From Phoronis australis (Eukaryota > Animalia > Phoronida), in NCBI GenBank assembly GCA_002633005.1, contig NMRA01000028.1, positions 794,985 through 858,984 on the forward strand: a stretch of 64,000 bases of DNA, read 5' to 3'. The translations under genes were made by a program, and so were the position numbers. The notes under the pieces were generated by a model, which was not told where the DNA came from, searched no databases, and worked only from the letters and a program-made list of their open reading frames with translations. How positions within the stretch are numbered: position 1 is the first letter of the stretch; every line of letters starts with the position of its first letter. This document shows positions 1 to 12,600 of the stretch, in pieces.

Positions 1-530
1 GCGGTTACCTCTTGGGTTGATCTAGCTCAATTTTTAACACTTTTTGATAATCGTCTGGCAAGGGCACCCCACCACTGAAACTGTCTGGCATCTAACTGTT
101 GTGCCATGTTCAGTGATGCTGAACATAGTGCAATTGGTTTCAAACGGTTACCTGATGGGTTGATCTAGCTCAATTCAGGTATTTGGGCGTGTCTGGCGGG
201 GGTAACCCACCACTAGATTTGTCTGGCAGTGTTCATTCGGGATACCTGGGCTTACGGTGAATATTTTGCGACTGGTTTCAAGCGGTTACCTCTTGGATTG
301 ATCTAGCTCAATTTTTGTACCCTGTATATGTTCGTCTGGCGGGTACTCCCCACCACTGAAATTGTCTGGCAGTGATCAATTTTGATACAATGGATGACGT
401 AGCAGGTATTGAAGGCAGTTTTAAGTGGTTACCAGAAAAGTTGATCTAGCTCAATTTTTTAGTGTAATTCTCTTGGCTCCCCTGACCACACCCACCAGAG
501 CGAACCTGCCAGACGGCCATTTCCAAGCAT
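1..530. repeat. ~141-bp tandem repeat (satellite), continuing off the window start
   Basis: ggttacc...ttgatctagctcaatt recurs at ~3, ~146, ~284 and ~428, with paired gtctggc and ccaccact motifs. Confidence 0.85.
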
Positions 531-1469
531 CAGGATACCCATAGAGCACTGTGGCACCAAAGAAAATTGGTTACCATTCATGCCCAAAAAAGCTCTGGGA
601 TCCCGGTCTAGCAGGGATAGATTCGTCATGGTTATTTTAAGACTATTCAACTCTTGAACACCTTTTAAATGGTTGCTACACGATGGACACAAATACTATA
701 CTAGTCGTGTCCGTTCCGACTCCTTAGCAGACAATCATGATAATGAACTGTCAGAGTTCTGGTTTCGTTCGAAGTAGTGAACTTTCGAAGGTAAAGAACC
801 TTCGGAGTTTTGGACTTTCGGAGTAGTGAACCTTCGGTATAGTGACATGTAACTTTGGAAATCTTTTCCATCAATTTTTTTTCCTAGTATGAGTTCTAGC
901 TGCGATGCCATTGACACTGATTGACAAGAAAATACCTTCTTCACTGGCCAAAGTTTTATTAGGTCTAGTGTAATGCTGTGAACATGCTCGTCAGAGTTTT
1001 CTCAGTGCAAGAATACACGGTTGTTAAATGGCTGGTTTTTGTTTGAGCAACGACCGAGGACTACCTATTGGGAACTTACCGTCGGCGTGTACTGACTTTA
1101 AAAGAATGGATTATAGATGCAGACGTGTACACGCGCATGCATGTCAATCCACCACAAATGGACACTGCCGGATGAGCAACTGCCATTTGACGATCATCTT
1201 CAATTCGAAACTTGAAAATGCCTGCTCAGCACCATACTATGCTAACAAGTATACCAAAATAGCGGATAACAAACATATTTTCTGTTGTTTTGTTTCTTGA
1301 TCGGTTCTAAGGCATTAAAATCACAATACTTTTGGGGAGCTATCTCGCTACATTATAGCTTAGCTAGTTATAAACATTTATTTCTAGACTCCCTTGTTAC
1401 CCTATGGTGTTCGTTGGCTAAATGTGTGAAAGTTGCGCCGTTAAATTACGTGCGTAAGATAATTCTTGT

Positions 1470-1700
1470 TAGAGGCGTAAAGTAATCATTTACGGCGTAA
1501 AGTAATTATTTGCAGAATAAAGTAATTAGTTGCGGCGTAACGTAACTTTTTATGGCGTAAAGTAATTATTTGCGGCGTAAAGTAACTTTTAGCGCCGCAT
1601 ATTATTACTTTACGCCATAATTTAATTATTATTTTACGTCTTAAATAATTACTTTACTTCCCATATAATTACTTTACGTCGCAAATAATTAGTTGCGTCG
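1470..1700. repeat. Foldback array of ~20-bp units (ggcgtaaagtaat) switching orientation at ~1595
   Basis: About six cgtaaagtaa units followed by ttactttacg units. Confidence 0.75.
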
Positions 1701-2293
1701 TCTATCTATATCTTATCTTTAACGGATAGGCAGGGGCTGAACTTTTTCCGCGGGGGAGGGGTTTGATCAAAAAAAATTAAAGGCACACACATCCCGCATT
1801 TTGAGTCCGTGGAGAAGTTGCAAGACTTGTGTACGACTTTAATTCACACTAAGTCGATTTTTGTGCGGCAAGTGTAACGGAGTGCGAGGGAGGCGGGGAT
1901 CCCACCGGATTCTACAATGTTTTTGTCTGTTGGTTGTTTCGACCGACGGCAAATCTTGAGGCTGCTGAACATGTGTGTTTTTAAAACATATTTCTTTTAC
2001 TTCCAGTCTTTAATACTTACAGTGCCAGTTTTATAGGGTACACTGTCCCGTACCCGGCCGGCCGGACTCCAAGGGGACCCCGTCCGAATAAAAGGGGGTC
2101 ACCAAATACTCTAATGTGAAAAGTTATTCCATTAAAAAGAGGAAAAAGTTGATTTCATGATCGGTCACCATCCTTCCATCGTCGGGTCACCTTCGTTAAC
2201 ATAGGGTTGCACATGTGATAAATACAGGAAATTGAGGGAATTCATTCCATCGTTGGGAAACATCGTATGAGTAGCCCCTGAAGGGTGACCATG

Positions 2294-2447
2294 CATGGGC
2301 GGCGCACCATAAGGGGCTGGGGGGGGGCTATAGCCCCCAATTTTTTCAGTGCTAGGCCGCACATGGTCTATAGGCGGTGCACCACAGGGAGGCTGAGGGG
2401 GCTTTAGTTCCCCCCACCCACACTTTTTTTCGGCTGCGCCGCCCATG
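2294..2447. mobile_element. GC-rich MITE (CATGGGCGGCGCA TIR); family also at 58274-58419 and partially at ~10220-10290
   Basis: catgggcggcgca...tgcgccgcccatg; shared gggggctatagccccc and cactgaaaaaa blocks. Confidence 0.75.
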
Positions 2448-3494
2448 CCCGGCATGCCATGGAGCTCGGTTTAATATTAACTGACATACAGTTTCAAAGA
2501 TAAAACGAAAAAGGACTCCATTACACCTTAATTTTCAAACACGATCTCTGGAAAATAATCTCCTGAGCTCTTAAAAATGAGTCAATTTCAAATTGCTATG
2601 GAAAAACATCAGTACGTAACAATTTTTTTGAACATAAAGGCAATGAAAATAGTGGGAACGAGTTACTACTGGTCGCGACTACAAATAAAGATTTTTACCC
2701 TTCTTCCTGTAAATGTGGGAGGAATAAGGGCATCGGCGCCACCCGGCTGCCTCGGCCTACCAGGCGTCCGGCGGCCTTGCCTCGCCGCGCCCCACTCCGC
2801 TTCGATGTGACATAAAACGAAAGGCGAAAGACTAAATTCATGATCCGTGACGTTCTTAGAACTTACAATCTGAATTACAATCTCTATCGTCTTTCCTGTC
2901 TCACCAGTGGTTGCACACGTTATTAAAATTGTTATAATTAGTTTACAACACGGCGTGCAACAACAGGACTTTCAACGCCGCCTGTGCTGGGTTGCATAAC
3001 TGAAACTATCCGCTGGATGAGTTTAATTGTTGCATGACGTCAACAACGTGACGAGTGACAATGCGACGCCCCGTCTGCTATACAGCGTATAACTTTTATG
3101 CAACTGAGCCCAGATCAGTGCTCATGCTATTTAGGCGCCATGAAATCGGAATACAATGGCGTTCGAAACTGGCATTACTATATGAATTCATCACTATCCA
3201 AAAAAACCTCCCGAGGTGATTTTTAAAAATACACTCAACAGTAAGTTTAGTGGCCTTTCAGAACGGGAGCAGCTCGCTAGTAAGACGCCAGACGGGACAT
3301 TAGTCCGAAGATCTACTAGTACTACTGCATTACTCCCAAATGAACGATAATGGGGAAAACAGTATGAAATTGGTAACATTCGCCACCACCAGGTACCGCT
3401 AGTTGACCTGACATCCATGTATGGCGGAAAGAGGGTTTTTAGACACTTGGGAATTTCCAGTTACACGCGGAAATATGTAGATTGAATGTATGTT

Positions 3495-3619
3495 ATGGGT
3501 ACAAACGCATCTGTTTTACAATGGTCTTGTTCAAACTGTTCTCATATCAATCCGTCAGATCGCATCCTTTGCATGGAATGTGGAATCCGGAGAACTAATG
3601 GCTCATCGAATGGTTTGAA
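3495..3619 (+). CDS. CAPN15: CAPN15 exon 1 (first zinc finger); missed by the ORF track
   Basis: [33 protein letters not shown]...; donor AA|GTAGGT (phase 2) joins the acceptor at 5008/5009 in frame. Confidence 0.9.
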
Positions 3620-6600
3620 GTAGGTACTTGCTGCGGACGAAGTTACACAACTTACACAGTTACACTTACACCGTTTCTACTCGTCTCCTTTCTCATTTAG
3701 CTGAATACGTGACTGCTCTGACCTGGCTTTGAGCTAACTTTAATGTCACTCTCGACACATTTACTGATTGAGTAGGTCATTGAGTGAACGGAATCGATCT
3801 ACGGCAATCCATGTGTAATGTGTTATACTTAGTTTACCAAGCACATAACATAAACTCAAAGCACTCAATCACTGAATAATGGGCCCGTTATTTAGTGGAT
3901 GAAACTGGTTCTAATTCATGGTCTGTTATATATATCCGACCAGTGTCCTCAAGACACTCGTCGGATATAATGGACCCAGATTTAGAGAACCATGCAATTC
4001 ACTGAATAATGGTCCCATAATGGTTCTCTAAGTCATGATCCGAAATATCCGACTGATGTCTAAACTTAGTTGGACCGTGTTATCTGGGGAATGCCTTTAA
4101 AATATAGCATCACGTGTACAGTTTTTGAAATTTAAACTCTCTCTTGTTCCTCGACTCAATGAAAACGTGTGTGTAGTTAAACAATCAAAATATGAAACAC
4201 CCTTCGTCATTATTTTTCAACAGCCTCAAGTCTTGAGAGATTTGAAAAGCTTGTGGAAACATTTCTGAAAGAATGTGTTATTGTGAATGCAATGATTGTG
4301 TAAGGTTATATGCTTTAAGTAGTAAGCCTGTGTTTTGATTGGAATTTTTTGCTTGTTTCTGTTTCCATTTCATTGTATACACTCCATCTGCACATGTTTC
4401 TCCTCACTCATTGTACCTATTCCAGTTATTTTATCGAAAACTAGCAGATCTCTGCTAATGTTTCTGGTTTGTAACGTATCTGACGTAAATTAAATTTTAT
4501 TCTATTCTATTACTAGAAGACATTCTACGGTATTCATTTGGGCTTTTTGAGCCTAAGAGTTGTAGCTGGATTCCCGAATTTGACCTTGGGCCATCTATTC
4601 ACATACTTGGTCATATCATTGTCCTGGCATTGTGCCTCATGTCAATACCACATGAAAGAAGTATAGTAGAAAAATACTTTGTTCCTCTCGCTTTAAAGCC
4701 ATGCATCTTAACCAGTCAATCAAAGAGCAATTGTGCGTAGGCAAGTGACTAAGGGAGGTCATTATGGCACTCACTGCAGATTCTCCACACTCTACCCCAT
4801 CTCATAAGTGGTCACAGTACCTGACACTCAACTTCAGCTCTGCCCCCTCTGCAGGTAGCTGAGTAGCTTAGTTATCAACTCTAGATGAGCATCTTATCAA
4901 ATCCTGAATCAACATATCCCAAAGCAGCTGTTTATATTCAGGCATTTTATAATATATTCACCTTTTTCTAGATAAATGTTGTATTGAAGTTGTCTTTTTG
5001 ATATTTAGGGATTTGGACAATTATGAAGTTGCTGGTACAAGTCATGACCTCTGTGACAAACACCTTGATGACAGACTCCAGCATTGTGAGAGTATTGACT
5101 GTGATGGCCACTCAAGTGCTTGTTTAACTGAGGTCTTTCAGGCAGTAGATGTTGGTGAACCAAGTCGTCCAATAATATCCGGCAATCCTGTACATGTGTC
5201 CTGTACTAAAGGAAACTGTTCTAAACCACTCAACTCAGTGATAATTACTTCAAATGAAAGGGGAATTGTTGGAGAGACTAGTACACAGTCATTGGGCATT
5301 TCCTGGCCCAAAGATGAAGAAATGAGTAACATGGCGTTGTATGGTGACTGGATCTGTACTAAGTGCACGCTTAAGAACAGTTTCCATGATGATAAATGTG
5401 TTGTCTGTGGTAATGAGAAGTGCACTAGTGGTGATGAGTCAGGTATGCTTGCAGCAGGTCGACCCGAGCCAATAGGTCAAGAGGCCCTTGATGAGATGTG
5501 CGTGGATTGTGCAGAAGTCGCTGGTACAAAGAGAACTAGGACCCAGTGTTTCTGGATCTGTAATCACTGTGGAAAAGAAGGAAATCACTTCCAGTCTAAA
5601 AAGTGTAAGATGTGCAATCGCGTGCGCAACTGTGGAACCCCTGTGGAGATCGGTGATGACGAAGTCAGTAGCAAGCATTTGCCTAGTAAGAAACCTGGTG
5701 GCAAGAGAGTTGATCAGAGGAAATCCCCAGCAGGAGCCAGTGGGGATGCCTGGGAGTGTGTGAAGTGTACTCTTGTGAATAAGAGCAGCTTACGGGTATG
5801 TCAGGCATGTGGTGGTTCAAGAAAGATGGACAAGGACACTGCGGCACAGTCGCTGAAGCGATCCGAGTCCTGGGAATGTTCCAAGTGTACTCTGTGGAAC
5901 CCTAGGACGGCACATATCTGCGCAGCCTGTGGAGCCAAGCGAAGGGTTCGTCTTCCTACTGAGGATGATGTGGATTTCTCACCCTTTGCTCAGAATGTTT
6001 CATCGTCTGCCATTGTATTGTGGCAGTGCTCTGTTTGTACGTTTGAAAACGACGGCACAGAGGTAACTTGCAGAATGTGTGACAATCCCCAAGTTAGTAA
6101 GAAATCAACTAAAAGGCGCTCTACGTCCAAGATGCCAGCCAAGGTCACCCCCGTAAACAATGGCCCAGTTAAAAAGTGCGAACAATGCACCTGTCAAAAT
6201 GCAGTTAATGCCCAACAGTGCATGATGTGCAGTCGTGGAAAACATGGCGGCCATTCACCATCACAGTCAGCAGCAGCTCTCTCTGATGTTGCAAATAGAA
6301 TACCCACGCCACCATCCTCCGGCACTCTGACCTCCCCATTTACTCTGACAAGACAACAAAGCCGCCTCATTGACGACTTAAGAAAAATTGAAGAAATGGA
6401 AGCCAAGGAGTTGTGGAGCAAGATTGTAGCATTTTGCCAACAGGTGGAGTGTCACCTAAACATAACATCCTAATCTGTTTTTAACTCGGTCTGAGAACAA
6501 TTGACCTCATTTTTACTCAGTCTGTATTCTTCAAGTGGTGTTATTAACCAAACAGCCCTCTTTTTGCTTTCTGAACAGATTGAGAAAAAAGCTTTTTACC

Positions 6601-9600
6601 AGCAAAAACTGAGGATCCCACTTGACTGCTTGAATATAAGCATTTATGTCAGGGAATTTGATGAATTTCAAGCTCTCCATTGGTCAAGTCAGATTGTAGG
6701 TCACCATTGATAACTTGTGCATTATTTGAGTATTGGTATTTACTTTATGTCTTCAGTTGCACATGGTTTCAATGTTATTTCATGTGGTTTAACACTCGCT
6801 TATTGTATCAGCAATGTTGAGTGTTGTTGTAAGTCAACACTCTTGAACATGAACATGGTGTAATATGTTAAAAAAGATAAACAACTGACTGTTCGCAGTT
6901 AAGAAAATGACACCTTTTTCAAATGATGCTGAAACCAATGCAAAAATTATGATATTTTTTCAATATTATTTTATGTATAGACTGAACCAAAATTACATGA
7001 CGGAAACAATGATCAGTTTGCATTTCAAGGAAGTCATAACTTTTTTCAAGTCAGTTAAATAATGGAAATGAACACATAGTTTATGTAGCAATTCATCCTA
7101 AATCAGGAATGTGTAGTCACAGCAGACGTGTGGTGCTCAACACAGTGTCCACCATCAATACCCCTCTTTGGTTCAACAAATTGGATTCTTTTAATGCTAT
7201 TTCAACTGTTTTACTTGTATAAGTGCTTTAGTTTGCCAGATATATCTGGTGTAAATAGTAGGTACATTGCTGTTTTTAAACCACAATGTTTTGTTTTTAT
7301 TTTTCTAATTTTCTTACCCATAAATTCTCATTCCTTCAAAAGCTGTTATAGTAAATTTGCATCTGTTTTCATGTATTTTGGGAATTATATAAGACTTGGT
7401 AATTTATTAAATGGATACTCACATTGAAGAAAACATCAGACTGCGTGACTTTGACCTTAAGACTTTTTACTGTATTTTCTAGAACAAGGAGAAGTTCGTG
7501 GATGACTCGTTTGTACCCGCTGCAGTCTCCCTTTACTGTAATCCTATGATTCCCAAGAGTAAGTCTGTGGTGAAGTGGCTTCGGCCGGAGGAGACCACCA
7601 TGTCTTCCAGCGAGGATACTATTTCATGGACCGTCTTTCGCCATACGCTTATGGCCACAGACATATCTCAGGGAATTCTGGGAAACTGCTGGTTGGTATA
7701 TTGCTTTTTTCACTGTTGCTGTTATTATGTCTTGTGAGAAATGGAATAATTGTGTTTCTATCCTAATTATTGGAATCCTCCATACTTACGAGGTAGCTGC
7801 AGCACCCATTGCTTCCAACTGATGATTTCACCACATCATACTGAATCCATCTGTCATCCATTGTCAGGTTTCTCAGTGCATTGGCGGTTCTCGCTGAACG
7901 ACCGGAGTTGGTGAAAAAGATTATGGTAACTCAAGACTACTGTGCAGAGGGAGCTTATCAAGTGCGACTCTGTAAGGACGGCATCTGGAAGACCATCCTT
8001 GTCGACGATCTGTTCCCATGTAATGCTGCAGGTCATTTAGTCTACTCCAAGGTGGGTGGGAGTCTATGTCAGTGTCTGGGGTTTGTGGGAAGGGTTCTCT
8101 TGTCAAATGTGTTGTCATTATATTTTTGGACATTCAATTCTGTTTGTTTTATTAAAATAACTGTCATTAGTTAGTTTTGTGCATGCAACCTGAAATACAT
8201 AGCTGAGTTCAGCAGTGCTTAGTCTTGATGATATGATGGCAAGAACTTAGAGGCAGAAACATAAAGTGAACATTATCAAGTAGACTCATTGTTGCCAAGG
8301 TCTCTCATGTGCATAACTTTGGGTCACAAAAAATGTTTCATGATTTCGTAATCCATTACAAAGACTGGATTGTCACATGTTTACTTCTAAATTTCTGGTT
8401 TGTTTACAGGCCAAAAGGAAACAGTTGTGGGTACCACTGATTGAGAAAGCACTCGCCAAGCTTCATGGATGTTATGAAGCCATTATAGCTGGCCGGTGTA
8501 TAGAGGGTTTGGCCACATTGACTGGAGCACCTTGTGATAGTGTCATGCTCCATGGTATGAAAGAGAATTGGTTGTTTAGACTTGAGTGTTATGAAGCAGG
8601 TAGCATTATTCTATAAAGGGTTTAGTCACTGCAACTGGCGCACCTTGTGATTGCGAGGTGTGTCAGGACATTATTGAGTAGTAGCAGGAAGAGATAACCA
8701 GGAAGGGACAACTGTTTTAGCGCATTTTAACGGATATTCAAAAGGGATTTCAAAAGTAAATGTTAAAGTCGTCTGGAATCCAAGCATTGTCTTCGAAAGC
8801 TTAACTCTTTATCTATAAAATGACACCACTTTGGTCCCCAAAGACTGCATATTAATGGCACTAGGATGCTTTGAACGTGACTTGTTTTACCCTTAAAAAG
8901 ATGCCTCTTCCCAGGCATGTACTCGGGCATGATCCTCTTTTTTGAACCAACAGATGTCACTTATATATGCAAATGAGGCTCGCATCTCCTACATCATATG
9001 ACGTCATACGATGTCATACGACGCGAACTTCCAATTTGAACCCTCCCGTCCGGTGCCTATAGCGAATGACTTGAAACCCAGTGTTCTACCTGATTGGGCA
9101 GATCTAAGAAAATTAAGAACTCACACAAGTCAATGTTCAAAGAACATTGAATGGTTTCACATGAAAATACATTTAATTGTATTTGGATACGCTTGCATAT
9201 GTGTAAGCGTGGACTTTGTCATTTTGCCATCCAGATTTAGAAGCAAGTGTTAGTCAAGAAATAAGCTGCTCCCGCCACGGGTGGCAGGTGTCGTGGCGTC
9301 CGAGTCGCCGGGAAGTCCGATCCATGCATGCGCAATTCGACGAACTAATGCTAGTCGCTGGTCAGCTCCGCTATGATTCATACGCAATTCGAACAATGCT
9401 AGTCGCTGGTCAGCTCCGCTATGATTCATTTGAGACGTGCGGCTTAGCTCGAACCTATACCCGAGTTCTGGCTCCAATGTCGTTCTGTTTGACCCAGTTT
9501 CGGGAAAAGTTTATTTTAATACGGTCATTTCCTGAAGATTTTTTTGAAAGATATGATCTCGAAATCCTTGGCCAATAGAGCTGTTGAAACACAGCCACTG

Positions 9601-12600
9601 GTCCAGCTTCTGCCGCTGGGCGGCTGGGGAAAATGCTATCGCGTGTCCCAAAAATGCACACACTTCAACTCCTGCAGTTCAAGTTCTTTTCCCGTCAATC
9701 ACTGTGCGCGGATTCTACGCGGGCAGCCAACACCTTATTTTTAACGTGGGTGCGTCACTGAGTAACGACGTGTCCAGCCTTTGCAGTATGCACGGGAATG
9801 TCAAGTTAACGATTCGCTTTAGAAGAACCTAAATTCATTGCACAATACTACTGGGAACTACAAGCATCAAGGAAATGCAAAGACAATCTTTCCAAATTTA
9901 CGAGTAATGACTTGAATTTCTTTTTCGATCCGATCTACGGTTTGTAAATTTTTGAATTTCTTTAGTCTAGTTTTTTTAAAATTCAATACATTCATGAATA
10001 TCACTGTTATCGTTTAGAGTCCTTCTTTGCGATATGGTGGTCTGATGATGGTTCGAATTTTTGCAAGTCCATCCTTCAGCCTTCAACTAAGTTCAGTGAC
10101 GCATCGCCATTTCTTACAAGACAGCTCCTGTGTTGTGCACGAATATTTTGTGTTTTTGATGAATTTGAAATCTCAACTTCCCCTCGTGTAGTTGGCAGTG
10201 TCACGTCGGAGGTGTATAGAGGGCGCAGCACTGAAAAAAGTGGGGGCTAAAGCCCCCTCAGCCTCCCTGCAGTGCACCGCCTATGGACCACTGAAAAACT
10301 TGAACTGAATAAAAGGAGAATGCCAACCGATTTAATTAGTCTTTTTGGCCTTATTAATTGGTCTATATCCATGCACATCGCCTCGCACACGGTCGACCTT
10401 ATCTTGCCAAGAGGTGTCTCGTTAACCTGTGAGGAAGGTGAGAAACGACGCTAGCGACATCAATGGTTCATCTGCACTAAATGAGAGTGAATGCCGCTAT
10501 GTTGCAGTGCATTGTTTCCGCTTGTGCGAGCTATGCAGCTGCGAGGAAAGCGGGAATATCGTTTTTTCGACTTCCTCGAGAGTCCGAAATGTTTAGGAAG
10601 TGGATCGCAGTAGTGAAGAATGAAAAGTACGCTGTCATTTAGTCTACTCCAAGGTGGGTGGGAGTCTATGTCAGTGTCTGGGGTTTGTGGGAAGGGTTCT
10701 CTTGTCAAATGTGTTGTCATTATATTTTTGGACATTCAATTCTGTTTGTTTTATTAAAATAACTGTCATTAGTTAGTTTTGTGCATGCAACCTGAAATAC
10801 ATAGCTGAGTTCAGCAGTGCTTAGTCTTGATGATATGATGGCAAGAACTTAGAGGCAGAAACATAAAGTGAACATTATCAAGTAGACTCATTGTTGCCAA
10901 GGTCTCTCATGTGCATAACTTTGGGTCACAAAAAATGTTTCATGATTTCGTAATCCATTACAAAGACTGGATTGTCACATGTTTACTTCTATGGAGAATT
11001 TCAACAGGAGTTTGCTGTAGACTTAGTCGCGAAGCTGCAGACATTCCAGCCACGGTTACTGTCGGTCCTTTGAAGCAATTATAGCACATATATACGATTT
11101 TTTAAGAATGGCAAGGGTGCGTTTTGTGTTGACGGAAATGTCCATTGCGTCGAGGAATCTGAGGCATTTAATGATGAACAACTGTTGTGGCTTAATTTGG
11201 AAAAACACTTAGCATGGCTTAATTTGGAAAAACACTTAGCAAAACTAACTTCCAAGTATGCATACTGTGGCAGAATTAAGAAATACGATTATGGCAGTGC
11301 TAACTGTAGCAGAGCCACAAAGTGTGCTAAAATGGTAGGAAATTAGGCATAACATTTCTGTAGCAGATAAAAGGTTGATTGGCGCAGGAAAAGGCCGAGG
11401 TCTTTAATGCTCAGAAAGATTTCGGCAGGCAAGAGACTTGCCAAGAAAATGACACAGTTGAGTCCGGGCATTCTAAAGGAAAGAACAGCAGCCAATTCCA
11501 GTTACTCGGTGCAACTTCTCTCACCCGACGCGTTGTTTCACGATACCGCAACCTCAAACAACGTCAAAGAAACGAAACGCGGAGGGTGAGATATTTCAGA
11601 GTATTAATATTTATTCTTGGATACAGGTGTCCAACTCAAAATGAATAACCCACGGTCATTCTTTATGCCGATAGCAATGTTTTCGGCAAAGAACAGGAAT
11701 CATAGACATCCCGCGCGCTCCTTCTATGGTTCTGACACTTCAAACTTTCAACACGATCGGTAGCCGCAGAAAGTTTGATGTTGACCTCATTCTAATCTTC
11801 TCTGCAATCCACAATCTGGGGACGAAAACAATTCAGATCCGCTCCTCGAAATAGGGCTTGCTTAGCTGGAATTCAGAACTGCGGTCATGAGAGTGTTTTC
11901 ACCTCCTGATTTCGAAGCGATCGAGTTAGCTGTGGTATCTTCATCAGCGCGTGCTCTCAGCGGGAGGTCAGCCTTCACAAGCAATCCGTGACGTCAGCTT
12001 GTGAGGCCCGGGAACCAGGTTACGCTTTATCCACTCAAGCGCTCGACAACTAAACTGACGAGAGTCTCAGAACTCCCACATGCAAATTTGATATGCAAAT
12101 GAGGTAGTACTTGACTACTGCGCCATCTATACATCGACAGAAAAGCTTAAATACCCGTGACTGCGTGTGGGAAATTGCGATTGCGTGCGCTGAAGTCGAT
12201 ATTTTCAAAGTACAATTACACCACTGTTTAAGTTTGAAAAGTGAGTTTTTTTGATATCCTTCTATAGAAAAAGCTTTAATCTCTCTGATAAAATCATCTG
12301 TTTCCTTTTAAATGAAACTTAAGTCCTGAAATTAGTCCGGGGAAGGAGGCCAAAAATGGCGGTTTAGCTAGTTGTCCCTTCCTGGTTATCTCTTCCTGGT
12401 AGTTAGGTATGAAGACTGGTAGTTATTAGATGCATCATTAAGGTACAAAATATGCACTTTTAAGTGTATCTTGTGGCTCATGATTTCCTCTATGTTATGT
12501 TTTGTCATGTATGATGTAGTGTTTTTTCACAATAATAGATGTGTAATGAAAATAATATACAGTACAATTGCCAACAAGTTTCAACCCCTACACTGTCATT

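Noticed and set aside
3035-3042. Perfect CRE (TGACGTCA) upstream of CAPN15
   Set aside because: A single 8-mer within a small palindromic MITE-like sequence (gttgcataa...ttatgcaac); not enough to call regulatory.
5138-6421. Antisense and alternative-frame ORFs overlapping CAPN15 exon 2 (and similar ones over DUF229)
   Set aside because: Shadow ORFs of real coding sequence with no independent features.
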